From Pseudomonadota bacterium (GTDB lineage: Bacteria; Desulfobacterota; Desulfobacteria; Desulfobacterales; RPRI01), in contig JBDRRF010000018.1 in the NCBI GenBank assembly GCA_043825875.1, positions 1-64,000 of the forward strand: 64,000 bases of DNA, in the 5' to 3' direction. Positions 9,855 to 19,484 of the stretch are shown piece after piece. The translations under genes were made by a program, and so were the position numbers. The notes beneath the pieces are model-generated. The model was not told where the DNA came from and did no database searches. It saw nothing but the letters and a program-made list of their open reading frames with translations. The first letter of the stretch is position 1; every line of letters begins with the position of its first letter.

Positions 9855-11741
9855 ATGCGGAAATACGTTCTTTTCGTCGCCCTACTTCTCATTCCCACTG
9901 CATTATATGGCGCAAGTTTTGATTGTGCCAAAGCAAGCACCACAATTGAAAAATTAATATGCCAAGATCCGACGCTTTCGGATCTTGATAGCAAGATGTC
10001 TGAAGCATACGAACAGGTTCTAAAAAATAAGAATGATGCGTTCCAGCAAAAAGAACTACAACGTGGCTGGCTAAGCGATATTCGGAACCGGTGCACAGAT
10101 CTATCTTGCCTTAAGTTGGCCTATACAAAGCGTATTGAACAATTGGCCATAAAAAGCGCTTGGATGACCAATGAAAAAGAACAAGCAATCTGCAAGGCAG
10201 TTGTTGATGCTGTTAACGACGGGTCTATAGCAAAACGCATAATACCATTCGAACAAGCAAGCCAAGAAGACAAACTTGCATGGAAAGATAATAGCCCATC
10301 TTCTATGCTTTATTTGTATCAAACCTTGAAGATAAACGCCCATGGCAAACCTATCACGTTGGGCCTGATTCAGGGAGGCGGTACTTGCGGTAATTGCGAC
10401 ATAGAAGATATCAAAGCTCCCGTAAACGCTGTTTACCCCCCTTATGATTCAGAGGAACGATTTCGCTGGGGGGGCTGGGGGGAGTGTGATCATTTTCTTT
10501 TTATTGAAGGTGAGCCGATTATTGTTACTGGCAATTTCAAATGGGGTTTATCTAACGCCTCTTTCGTATCTTGGTTAGCACCAGACGGTGCTAAACGCGC
10601 TCTGTGCGCCTTTGATATAGATCCAGCAAAAAAACCTACAAGAAACTTAATGACCAACAACAATCCTAAATTATGTGATGCCGTTAGCAATAACCGCTTC
10701 GACGAAATCCCCTGGACTACATCACTTACTATACCAAAAGAAAGATCAGATAACTATGCGGCAAGGTGGGACTCAAGCAATAACCACTTCGACGAAATTC
10801 CCTGGACCACATTACTTATTATACCAAAAGAAAGCTCTGATAACAATGCGACAAGGTGGGACTCAAGCAATAATGCAACATTAGATATTAATCTTGACGG
10901 AAAGGATGAAACCATAGTTCTGTTTGACTATTCGTCAGGCGCTGGCTGCGGATCTTACCGTCAATGGCTACGAGAGTTTACACCATATCAGGGCACCGCA
11001 TTACCAGAAGGATCACAGACACCTCTTAACCAGATATTTGCAGGGAATGGGAATGGGCCAATCAAAAACGCAATGAAAGGAGATGATTGGTACACTATAA
11101 AACTGTTTCGGTATGCAGGTAAGCCTTATATTCTTGCGCAGGGAACTGAATGCAGTGCCCAGGTTATTTCTGTTTGGGAAAATCAAATATCCACTTGGTG
11201 CGAGTATCAAGTATTACCTCAGTATAAAGTTGGGATTTATTATCCGGTTGAAACCTGGCCGGAACTGAAAATATCGACGTTCAAAAAAACTAAAGGGGCC
11301 CAGGCATTACATAATGCTGCATATAGCAATAACATGGAAAAAGTCATAACTCTTATCAGAAGTGGAACCCCTGTAGATGTTGCCGATGAGTCTGGACTTA
11401 CGCCACTTGGCATGGCGCTATTAAAGGATAACATAGATATGATCAAGCTGCTTCTTGATAACGGTGCATCTGTAGATGGTGTACGCGGGTGGCGAATGTC
11501 ACCACTCATGTCAGCAACAAATAGAAATAATTTTGAGCTTGTGAAGTATCTTTTAGAGCGAAAAGCTGATCCGAACCTCCGATCTGAACCTCATCCATTA
11601 ATATATAACGAGAAGGGATGGACTGCTCTTGGGCTTGCAAGAAAAACAGAGGAACACTTCAGCCGTAACCCAAAATCTGAAGATGCAAAGAAGAATAAGC
11701 GTATCATCGAGCTGCTATTGAAAGCCGGTGCAACACAATAA
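9855..11741 (+). CDS. Secreted protein with N-terminal LprI/DUF1311-like domain and C-terminal ankyrin repeats
   Basis: Signal peptide, ASFDCAKAST..EKLIC, QRGWL..RNRC..CL..Y..R; ankyrin motifs ALHNAA, TPLGMA, SPLMSA. Confidence 0.75.
   Translation: MRKYVLFVALLLIPTALYGASFDCAKASTTIEKLICQDPTLSDLDSKMSEAYEQVLKNKNDAFQQKELQRGWLSDIRNRCTDLSCLKLAYTKRIEQLAIKSAWMTNEKEQAICKAVVDAVNDGSIAKRIIPFEQASQEDKLAWKDNSPSSMLYLYQTLKINAHGKPITLGLIQGGGTCGNCDIEDIKAPVNAVYPPYDSEERFRWGGWGECDHFLFIEGEPIIVTGNFKWGLSNASFVSWLAPDGAKRALCAFDIDPAKKPTRNLMTNNNPKLCDAVSNNRFDEIPWTTSLTIPKERSDNYAARWDSSNNHFDEIPWTTLLIIPKESSDNNATRWDSSNNATLDINLDGKDETIVLFDYSSGAGCGSYRQWLREFTPYQGTALPEGSQTPLNQIFAGNGNGPIKNAMKGDDWYTIKLFRYAGKPYILAQGTECSAQVISVWENQISTWCEYQVLPQYKVGIYYPVETWPELKISTFKKTKGAQALHNAAYSNNMEKVITLIRSGTPVDVADESGLTPLGMALLKDNIDMIKLLLDNGASVDGVRGWRMSPLMSATNRNNFELVKYLLERKADPNLRSEPHPLIYNEKGWTALGLARKTEEHFSRNPKSEDAKKNKRIIELLLKAGATQ
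10686..10865 (+). repeat. In-frame 90-bp tandem duplication (30 aa)
   Basis: SNNRFDEIPWTT...RWDS repeated at 10686 and 10776. Confidence 0.9.
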
Positions 11742-11759
11742 GCAGTCTTTGTTTTATAT

Positions 11760-11857
11760 AATTTTGCCAGACAAGTGGCAATACTACATAATGGGGATGT
11801 GTACCTTAAAAATCGTTCTGAAAAAGGAGTAGTTGCATCACTGATTCTTCCCATAAA
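11760..11857 (+). repeat. 98-bp direct repeat, copy 2 (orphan creC 3' end preceding creD)
   Basis: Copy of 9624-9721, continuing ...PIKGD-stop 3 nt before the creD ATG. Confidence 0.9.
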
Positions 11858-11870
11858 AGGAGATTAATCT

Positions 11871-13202
11871 ATGAATACACAAGAAACCATCAAAAAATCT
11901 GGCGATTTTATTCGAAACGCTACGACACTAAAAATTGTCTTCATCGGATTACTGGTTATCATTCTTCTAATCCCAACATCAATGATATCATCGGTGATGA
12001 GAGAAAGAGAATCAAGAAGAGACTCTGTGGTTCGAGAAATAAACCAAAAATGGGGAAACAATCAAACTATTGCCGGGCCGTTTTTTACAGTTCCATATAA
12101 ATCTTTTTATGAAGACAAAAATGATAAGCAAAAATTCAACATTCATTACCTTCATATTCTGCCAGAACAAATTAATATTGATGGGCAAATAGACACACAG
12201 ATCAGATACAGAAGTATTTACGAGGCTGTTTTATATAACAGCCAAATCACTTTAAACGGTAACTTCACAATTCCTGTACTGAAACAATCTAATATCAACC
12301 CGGAAAATGTGCTTTGGGAAAAAGCAATATTTTCTATTGGCATCAACGATATGAGAGGGATTCAAGACAATATTGATATAATATTCAACGACAAAAAGTA
12401 TAAAGCAAATCCTGGATTGAAAACAACTGACATCGCATCATCAGGTGTACATTGCTTTATTCCCCTGTCACCAACCAAAACCAGAAATACGTTTTCCTTG
12501 AAACTCAATCTAAATGGCAGTGAAGAAATTCAATTTGTCCCGCTAGGCGAAACAACTACCCTTAAACTTAAATCAAGCTGGCCTTCTCCAAGTTTTAATG
12601 GTTCATTTCTCCCAACAACCAGAGTAGTGTCAGATAAAGGCTTTTCTGCTAAATGGAGCATTTTGCATTTCAATAAAAATTTCCCTCAATTCTGGGTGGG
12701 AAATCAATATAAGGTTAATGATTCCTCTTTTGGGCTGCAATTGCTCATTACTGCTGACATATACCAAAAATCTATCAGAATATCGAAATACGCAATAATG
12801 TTTATTGTTTTTACATTCGCAGCTTTTTTCTTTTCAGAAATTATTAACAAGAAAAGAGTTCACCCTGTTCAGTATATTTTAATTGGACTTTCCGTTATTT
12901 TATTTTATGTTTTACTTCTTTCAATCTCTGAACACTTAAATTTTGATATTGCATACATTCTATCCGCATTAGCCACAACTATAGTAATAACCGGTTACAC
13001 TAAAGGTATTATGAAAAACAAGTATTTTACATTAACGGTCTTTGGTATATTAGTTATTCTATACTCGTATCTATACATTATCCTTCAACTTGAAGACTAT
13101 GCCTTAATTATGGGCAGCATTGGATTATTCATCGTACTAACAACAGTAATGTATATAACAAGAAAAATAGACTGGTATGCTATAGAAATAAATCAAAACT
13201 GA
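11871..13202 (+). CDS. creD: Inner membrane protein CreD
   Basis: RYRSIY, SWPSPSFNGSFLP, HPVQY.LIGL..LFYVLLLSISEH, EDYAL..GS..LF..L..VMY.TRKIDWY. Confidence 0.92.
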   Translation: MNTQETIKKSGDFIRNATTLKIVFIGLLVIILLIPTSMISSVMRERESRRDSVVREINQKWGNNQTIAGPFFTVPYKSFYEDKNDKQKFNIHYLHILPEQINIDGQIDTQIRYRSIYEAVLYNSQITLNGNFTIPVLKQSNINPENVLWEKAIFSIGINDMRGIQDNIDIIFNDKKYKANPGLKTTDIASSGVHCFIPLSPTKTRNTFSLKLNLNGSEEIQFVPLGETTTLKLKSSWPSPSFNGSFLPTTRVVSDKGFSAKWSILHFNKNFPQFWVGNQYKVNDSSFGLQLLITADIYQKSIRISKYAIMFIVFTFAAFFFSEIINKKRVHPVQYILIGLSVILFYVLLLSISEHLNFDIAYILSALATTIVITGYTKGIMKNKYFTLTVFGILVILYSYLYIILQLEDYALIMGSIGLFIVLTTVMYITRKIDWYAIEINQN

Positions 13203-13372
13203 CAATCTACTCTGTCACTTCTTAGGACTGGTTGCCAATGAGGAACAGTATAAGGCAAAAAGGCTGATTGGATATGGAGTTGATTTTTGTAGCAGTAATC
13301 CGAATATAACCATAATTATTTTAAAGTAATTATGAGATGCTAATGGTATATTTTCCTCTGGATAGTAAAGAC

Positions 13373-13580
13373 CATGGTAACCGCATTGAGGTTTTTTATA
13401 CACTCTGCTTGGGTTAATATTATGTTTATTGAGAAAATAAAAAGCAGTAACAACTCCTTTCGTCATTCCTGCGAAGGCAGGAATCCAGCAATTTCACTTG
13501 GTTCTGGATACCGGATCAAGTCCGGCATGACGGTTTAAGTTGTTTGTACATAGCCATTATTTCTAAATGCGGTTACCCTG
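13373..13580. mobile_element. MITE-like element, family B (CAGGGTAACCGCATT-type ends), containing a REP-like palindrome
   Basis: CATGGTAACCGCATT at 13373 vs AATGCGGTTACCCTG at 13566-13580. Confidence 0.6.
13461..13532. repeat. REP-like palindromic repeat (GTCAT...ATGAC family)
   Basis: CGTCATTCCTGCGAAGGCAGGAATCCAG...CTGGATACCGGATCAAGTCCGGCATGACG; relatives at 24542 and 45550. Confidence 0.8.
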
Positions 13581-13728
13581 TAGAAAAGACCAAATTATTA
13601 GATCATGCTTTCAGATATTGTTAGCATTTGAAGTTATCCTGTTAGCACTTTACTATGTAATCCTAAGAGCTATACTGATAGAAAATGCTTTAAAATATAA
13701 TTTGAAGGTTGATAAGGCCTTTTTACTT

Positions 13729-13760
13729 TGGAAATATACAGATCAGCACAATAACTTTTT
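13729..13760 (+). other. Possible degenerate attI-like leader (partial fourth copy)
   Basis: GAAATATACAGATCAGCACAATAACTTTTT resembles the cassette-sense GAAGATATACAGAAATGCTCAACAACTTGTT at 33782-33812. Confidence 0.35.
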
Positions 13761-13770
13761 ATAAAAAGTA

Positions 13771-14250
13771 ATGGAAGTAAGGAAAATGCTACAAGTTAGA
13801 AAAATCCCTTTAGATATTTTAAGCATCGTACTGTACTGTTTTTCTCTGATATTTCCTGTATTCTATACGGAATCGGTTATGGATCGATGGGCAGGACAAA
13901 TCGAACCAGGCCCAACATGGTACGGCATCGGAACGCTTCTTTTGGGTTGGCTTCCTGCCCTTCGAGATCCATTCCACAATATCGAATACTGGAGTATTTC
14001 TTGGTTTGCAAATCCGTTATTTTTTACTGCTTTTGTATTAATAAGAAAAAAACGTCCGGCATGTCTTCCCATTGCCTTACTCGGCCTGCTAATTGCTTTA
14101 ACGTCATTATTGTTTAGAAGGATTTGGAACGATAAGGAGCCTCCATCAATAATAATAACTTGCCATGGTATAGGTTTTTAGCTTTGGATAATAGCATTCA
14201 TTTTAATAACAATTTCAGCGTTGAAAATATTTATAAATAAGCATTGTTAA
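13771..14250 (+). pseudogene. Membrane protein (probable cassette gene) with premature TAG at 14179-14181
   Basis: W.ANP motif; the frame continues GIGF*LWIIAFILI...KHC* to TAA 14248-14250. Confidence 0.55.
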
Positions 14251-14336
14251 TTATCATATGCGTACCATAAGGGAATATCAGAAAAGATTGATAAAGAGTG
14301 TTAATTCAACAAACTATTTGAGATAAATAAAATATA

Positions 14337-14390
14337 AACCGGACCTGGCTGAAACGCTTGCCAGGCCGGTTATCAGCACCGAATTAAGGC
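14337..14390 (+). other. Degenerate attC-like site
   Basis: AACCGG-A-CCTGGC / GCCAGG-CCGGTT stem with one extrahelical base, between co-oriented cassette-like genes; core boxes eroded. Confidence 0.5.
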
Positions 14391-14399
14391 TATCATGCT

Positions 14400-14900
14400 A
14401 TGATTATAGGACATTTGCCCGTAGGGTATATTACTTCAAAGTTAATTTTCCCTCGCTTTAGCTCACGGTGCATTTCAATAAATGCATTCATATTGGCTGG
14501 CATTTTAGGGGCTTTAGCACCTGATCTGGATATGCTCTATTTTCACCTTGTTGACCATAGGCAACATCACCATCACACTTACTGGACCCATTACCCCATT
14601 GTGTGGGGTATCTTATTGCTCATATCCCTTGTCCTGCTCAAGACAATGCGATTGTCAAACCGTCCGGTTTTTATGTTCATTTTTTCACTCAACGGGCTTA
14701 TTCATATGTTTATAGATACCATCGTTGGTGATATTTGGTGGTTTGCTCCTTTCATTGATAAGCCTTTTGCTCTTTTTACTGTTCCAGCCCTATACAAACC
14801 TTGGTGGCTAAACTTTATTCTTCACTGGTCGTTTGTGCTAGAAATTGTAGCGTGTATTTGGGCTGTTATACTTTGGCGGTTCAAACGTGTACAACTCTAA
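14400..14900 (+). CDS. Membrane metal-dependent hydrolase (YdjM/DUF457-like), cassette gene
   Basis: GH, APDLD, HH..THYP, H...D motifs; stop codon lies in the attC CTCTAAC. Confidence 0.75.
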   Translation: MIIGHLPVGYITSKLIFPRFSSRCISINAFILAGILGALAPDLDMLYFHLVDHRQHHHHTYWTHYPIVWGILLLISLVLLKTMRLSNRPVFMFIFSLNGLIHMFIDTIVGDIWWFAPFIDKPFALFTVPALYKPWWLNFILHWSFVLEIVACIWAVILWRFKRVQL

Positions 14901-14998
14901 CGCAGCCAGGCTGCGGAACTCCGTGGGCTGTCACCTTTTTTGCAAAAGAACGCAAAAAAGTCACCAACCCACTCCGTCCGTAGCTGGCGGCGTTATAC
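14895..14998 (+). other. attC site
   Basis: CTCTAAC ... GTTATAC with long imperfect inverted repeat (GCCAG/CTGGC, GTGGG/CCCAC, TTTTTGC/GCAAAAA). Confidence 0.8.
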
Positions 14999-15013
14999 AT
15001 TTGAAGAACTAAA

Positions 15014-15403
15014 ATGGTTGGACGATTAAACAATATAATAATCATAATTTTATGCTGGATACTATTTACCTTCGTTGCTTTGTGGATGTTTGGTGTATGG
15101 CCAAAAACTATTTTAGCTTGGGTTTTATCTATATTGGTCGGGCCTGTTGTTTTTCTTTTAATTGAGGCATTAGGAGAGGGTTTTTACGAATTATTTTAAA
15201 AAATACCTTTTATTAATAGAACCAGAAATAAGATTGAGATCAAAACAAAAGATAAAAGGACATCTTTATCAAGGATTGGCTATCTTCTTTTTGAGGTAAT
15301 TCTTTTCTTAATTGTTTTGGGAAGCATTCTATATTTTTTGCATAAATATTTTGGTAATAATTTTGAACCAATTTTTATGTTTTTTCAAAAGCACTTTAAA
15401 TAA
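15014..15403 (+). pseudogene. Membrane protein cassette gene with premature TAA at 15197-15199
   Basis: Frame continues to TAA 15401-15403; cassette starts GTTATACAT (14992) and ends ATGTATAAC (15406-15414), which are complementary. Confidence 0.65.
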
Positions 15404-15613
15404 ATATGTATAACAAGCTCTTTTATCCCCAACCGGGCGTCAGAGTCACTTTTTTAAATGCATTTGGAAATCAAGTTTTATAAGGCACAGATAATGGGCT
15501 CATAGCAGTAGATGCCTGACTTATACCTAAAACATCAGCCTTTATAAGAATAAGGGTCCAACAAAATAGTTGCACCAGATAAGCTGGTAAACTGGATATT
15601 ATATTTGTGAATT

Positions 15614-16096
15614 ATGCGTGATAGCGAAAACAAAATATTCCGTTGTGAATTGAAGGCAATTATCCTTCCAGCAATTAAATTTTCCTTTTTGGGTGGTTTA
15701 ATATTATTTGGAGCAATCCTATATAAAGAAAATTTTGAAATAGGCAATAAAATGATTGAAGCCGTTTTAATATTTGAGGCGGTGATGATTCCTTTTATCT
15801 TAACAATTATGCTGGCAGGAACTTATAGCAATATAATTACTCTCGATAGATTTGGTATATCATCCCGTAATCCTTTCTCGAACTCACTTAAAATTGAATT
15901 TATTTCTTGGGAAGCAATAGATAAAGTCTCGCACAAAAGTATCTTTGGATATAAATATTATCTTTTGCAATCAGATTCTTCAGTGAAAACCATATGGATT
16001 CCCATGCGTATTAATAATAAATCCAAATTCTCTGAGACTGTTCGTTTAACTGCTGGGAGCAACCATATTTTTAGTATTGAATTGATGAAGGGTTAA
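15614..16096 (+). CDS. Hypothetical membrane protein (bacterial PH-like C-terminus possible)
   Basis: Two TM segments then ISWEAI motif; followed by an ACATAAC remnant. Confidence 0.55.
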   Translation: MRDSENKIFRCELKAIILPAIKFSFLGGLILFGAILYKENFEIGNKMIEAVLIFEAVMIPFILTIMLAGTYSNIITLDRFGISSRNPFSNSLKIEFISWEAIDKVSHKSIFGYKYYLLQSDSSVKTIWIPMRINNKSKFSETVRLTAGSNHIFSIELMKG

Positions 16097-16121
16097 ACAT
16101 AACAAGTTTTTACAAAATGAA

Positions 16122-16802
16122 ATGCGAATTATAACACTATCAATTTTATTGCTTGTCTTCGAGCTTTTGTCCTTTTCAAATGCTTTTGCACAGACAAACG
16201 CTATTGAAAAGAAATTTAGGGAAGCCGGTCTTATTGATATCCATACGATCGACAGTTCTATACGAGTTGATTTGGTCAATTCCGATCCGGAAAAGAACTA
16301 TTTTCGAGAAAACTTTTACGATAGTTTGAATAAAGCTTATTTGAGAAATGACGTAGCCGTTAGACTATCAAACGCTCAAAGTCTGCTAAAATCGAAATAT
16401 CCCGGATTTTCGTTGCTTGTTTTGGATGCAGCCCGTCCCAGAAGTGTTTCGAAACTAATGTATGAAAAGATGAAAGGAACTAAGTTTGAAAAATACGTTG
16501 CGAACCCCACAAAGGGATCAATGCATAACTATGGAATCGCCGTCGATATTACTATTGTAGATGAAAATGGTGAAGAAATAGATATGGGGTTTTCTCCTTT
16601 TCGAAAAAGCGCTTTTGAACTTTACTGGCAATTTGCAAAAATTAATATGGGATTCAAAATTAGCAAAGAGCAAAAGAAAAATAGAAAGATATTATCTGAT
16701 ACCATGATCAACGAGGGCTTTTTACCTTTGAGCCATGAGTGGTGGCATTTCAACGGAATGCAAAAAGATAAGGCAAGAAAACGATTTAGTATCATTGAAT
16801 AA
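16122..16802 (+). CDS. D-alanyl-D-alanine dipeptidase (peptidase M15D, VanX/DdpX family), secreted
   Basis: DAARP, SMHNYGIAVD, EWWHF motifs; signal peptide. Confidence 0.85.
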   Translation: MRIITLSILLLVFELLSFSNAFAQTNAIEKKFREAGLIDIHTIDSSIRVDLVNSDPEKNYFRENFYDSLNKAYLRNDVAVRLSNAQSLLKSKYPGFSLLVLDAARPRSVSKLMYEKMKGTKFEKYVANPTKGSMHNYGIAVDITIVDENGEEIDMGFSPFRKSAFELYWQFAKINMGFKISKEQKKNRKILSDTMINEGFLPLSHEWWHFNGMQKDKARKRFSIIE

Positions 16803-16815
16803 AAGAATCCGTACT

Positions 16816-17090
16816 ATGAAAAAACAAACACTAATATCGTCGGTTATATTTTTTATTTTTCTTATTACGGTAATTGTATTACACTTTTCCGGCTACTGGC
16901 GATTTGATAATCCGAAAATCGATCAATATCCAATTCGGGGAATTGATGTCTCTCATCATCAGGTCAAAATAGACTGGAATAAAGTAACGAAAGAAGACTT
17001 CATGTTTGCATTCATTAAAGCAACAGAATGAGGAACATTTATAGATCCTGAATTCAAAAGTAATTGGGAGGGAGCATCAAATACCGGTTT
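16816..17090 (+). pseudogene. GH25 muramidase/lysozyme fragment, copy 1
   Basis: RGIDVSHHQ..IDW..V, FAFIKATE*GTFIDP.F..NW; in-frame TGA at 17029-17031; truncated. Confidence 0.75.
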
Positions 17091-17199
17091 AATAAAATTT
17101 AAAGCGTTCTTTAACCACCCAGAAAAACGTCTTGTCAGTATTATTGAGGTTAATCAAGCAACCAAAAATTGACCCTGAATGTAACATATAACAATTATT

Positions 17200-17257
17200 A
17201 CATAACTTTGCTCTTTCAGCCGATCGCTTATCGCGACGACTGAAGAGCTGGTTTGAC
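17200..17257 (+). other. attC site (short type)
   Basis: ACATAAC...GCTCTTTCAG / CTGAAGAGC stem with one bulged T...GTTTGAC. Confidence 0.7.
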
Positions 17258-17270
17258 GCAAGGAAAACCA

Positions 17271-17852
17271 ATGAAATTACTATCAGCACTTATATACATG
17301 GGTTTCGGAATGTGGATTCTTTTTCAAGTAGTAGAAGAACCCCCATTCTGGTTAGGTATCACTGTATGGTTCTTATTAATGTTTTCTTCAGTTGTTATAT
17401 TTAATGAAGGATTTATTAGAAAACTAAAAAGGCAAACTGATAAAGAATATATGAAAGAGCTTTTAGATAAAGGAAAAGCAAAAAAAGAAACTTATAATGT
17501 AGATTCCGCTTTATATTTTGATGATCTAAATACTGGATGTGCTGTACATTTATTAGATATTGGTAATAATCAAATCCTATGCTTGTATGGGCAATATTTG
17601 TATGATTTTGAACCTATAAATGACGATCCAGAAATAAACCAACCAAGAAAATTTCCAACTAAAGAGTTTTCTCAAATAAAGAGGCTTAAAGATAATTATA
17701 TACTTGAATTAATACCTGGCAATGAAGTTGTTGAACCGAAAATAATAAAAGAACCGAAAATCGAAGAATTTTATAAATTAAATCCAAAGTTAATTGATGG
17801 AAAAATTATTAATAAATTGTCTTTTAAAGAGGCTCTATCACTTGTACAATAA
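17271..17852 (+). CDS. Hypothetical membrane-anchored protein, cassette gene
   Basis: AAGGA RBS just after attC core; 2 TM helices plus soluble domain. Confidence 0.65.
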   Translation: MKLLSALIYMGFGMWILFQVVEEPPFWLGITVWFLLMFSSVVIFNEGFIRKLKRQTDKEYMKELLDKGKAKKETYNVDSALYFDDLNTGCAVHLLDIGNNQILCLYGQYLYDFEPINDDPEINQPRKFPTKEFSQIKRLKDNYILELIPGNEVVEPKIIKEPKIEEFYKLNPKLIDGKIINKLSFKEALSLVQ

Positions 17853-17933
17853 GTGTCTAATAATTAAATCAAGATAGTTCGCTTTGCTCACTGGGACGAC
17901 GAAAAGCGTTGACACTTATTAAAAACATTATTC
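17853..17933 (+). other. Degenerate attC-like site
   Basis: GTGTCTAAT...GTTCGCTTTGCTCACTGGGAC...CTTATTAAAAAC; left box roughly complementary to the GTTTGACGC cassette start. Confidence 0.45.
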
Positions 17934-17943
17934 CTGTAGAATT

Positions 17944-18312
17944 ATGCGAATAACGATACTAAGCGTAATATCAATTGTGCTCTTTGCGATGGCAATAATG
18001 TCAGCAACCAAGGCATCAGTATTTGGCCACCCGATACACACCGCAAAGCTTATAGTAATTTTTGTTGCCACCTTCGCTCCGATAATTGTCTGGTTTTTTA
18101 GTTCCAGGGCAAGAATTGCCAATTCTCAAAGATTCGTTACTACGTATTATCGCGTTTCTTTGGTGGCAACGATAGTTGTAATGGCCATTTTGCCTTTTAT
18201 GGATTATTTTCTTAAAGCTCCTCTTCTCTCCAATCGGTCATATGGTTCAGTGCTTTGTAACATGCTGTTTCTCTTTACTGGTCATTATATTTGGAAAGTA
18301 ATTGTTAAATGA
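17944..18312 (+). CDS. Hypothetical membrane protein
   Basis: 122-aa ORF with 4 hydrophobic segments; overlaps next gene (ATGA). Confidence 0.55.
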   Translation: MRITILSVISIVLFAMAIMSATKASVFGHPIHTAKLIVIFVATFAPIIVWFFSSRARIANSQRFVTTYYRVSLVATIVVMAILPFMDYFLKAPLLSNRSYGSVLCNMLFLFTGHYIWKVIVK

Positions 18313-19148
18313 ACCGACGTAAATTTCTTAAAATAGCATGTTATGGAGGAGCTGCGGCGCTACTCGCAAGTTATCCGGTATTTGTTGAACGAAATATTGT
18401 TCAAATAAACAGATACCGTATCCCAGTTCCTTTTTTGCCGAAATCATTTAACGGTTTTCGAGTGGTCCATTTGACTGATCTTCATTTGGGATTTTTAGTC
18501 TCAGAGTCATTTATTGAGGGAGTGATAAAAAAGGCTAATAGTTTAAAACCGGATGTTATCGTTTGTACCGGTGACTATGTGCATGCAAGGAATTCAATAA
18601 AGGAAATCGACATAGTTTGGCCAATTCTATCGAAATTGAACGCTAAGTATGGTGTATATTCTGTTTTAGGGAATCATGATCACTGGGCGGATACAGAGAA
18701 ATCTCTTCAGTGGCTTCAAAGATCAGGACAAAGTGTTAGGCACACATTTAAACCGGTATATAGGGGAAAAGATCGGATATTATTTGGTGGTGCCGGAGAC
18801 TATTGGGAAGATGATTTGAATATTGACCAATGTTTTTCTTCTTCAAATGAAAGCGATTGCAGAATTTTACTAGCACATAATCCGGATTCTATAGACACTG
18901 TATTTAATACTCCGCTATCATTGGTATTGAGTGGGCATACTCATGGTGGGCAAGTATCGATCCCATTTTACGGACCACCAGTACTACCAGTTAAAAATAA
19001 AAGGTACTCCAGTGGATTGATAAAAACAAAGAAAGGCAACCTTTTTATTAGTAAAGGAATTGGTTGGGCAATCTATCCTGTAAGATTTAATTGCTATCCT
19101 GAAATAGCAGTTCTTGAATTGATGAATACAAAAGAATCAGTACTATGA
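18309..19148 (+). CDS. Metallophosphoesterase (YkuE/YaeI-like) with Tat-like RRKFLK leader
   Basis: DLH, TGD, GNHD, HNP, GHTHGGQ motifs. Confidence 0.88.
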   Translation: MNRRKFLKIACYGGAAALLASYPVFVERNIVQINRYRIPVPFLPKSFNGFRVVHLTDLHLGFLVSESFIEGVIKKANSLKPDVIVCTGDYVHARNSIKEIDIVWPILSKLNAKYGVYSVLGNHDHWADTEKSLQWLQRSGQSVRHTFKPVYRGKDRILFGGAGDYWEDDLNIDQCFSSSNESDCRILLAHNPDSIDTVFNTPLSLVLSGHTHGGQVSIPFYGPPVLPVKNKRYSSGLIKTKKGNLFISKGIGWAIYPVRFNCYPEIAVLELMNTKESVL

Positions 19149-19483
19149 AAAAACAAACACAAATATCGTCGGTTGTAATTTTCATTTTTCTTATTACGGT
19201 AATTGTATTATACTTTTCCGGCTACTGGCAATTTAATAATCCGAAAATCGATCAATATCCAATTCGAGGAATTGATGTCTCTCATCATCAGGGCAAAATA
19301 GACTGGAATAAAGTAAAGAAAGAAGACTTTAAATTTGTTGGTAACTGCAAAAAAAGACCTGCGAAGGCAGTACTGTTAAAAGAATTATTTACCTTCATCA
19401 GAGAGATAGAAGAAAAATATGGAATTATTAATTTCGCCCAATTAATTTATGACATAAAATTTAGCCTCAATTTCACCAGATGA
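19145..19483 (+). pseudogene. GH25 muramidase fragment, copy 2 (internal deletion)
   Basis: Near-duplicate of 16816 N-terminus (GIDVSHHQGKIDW) fused directly to FVGNCKKRP...IEEKYG. Confidence 0.7.
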
Positions 19484-19484
19484 A

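Noticed and set aside
16122..16802. vanX as a vancomycin-resistance cluster
   Set aside because: No vanH/vanA/vanRS; the protein has a signal peptide and is a generic M15D dipeptidase
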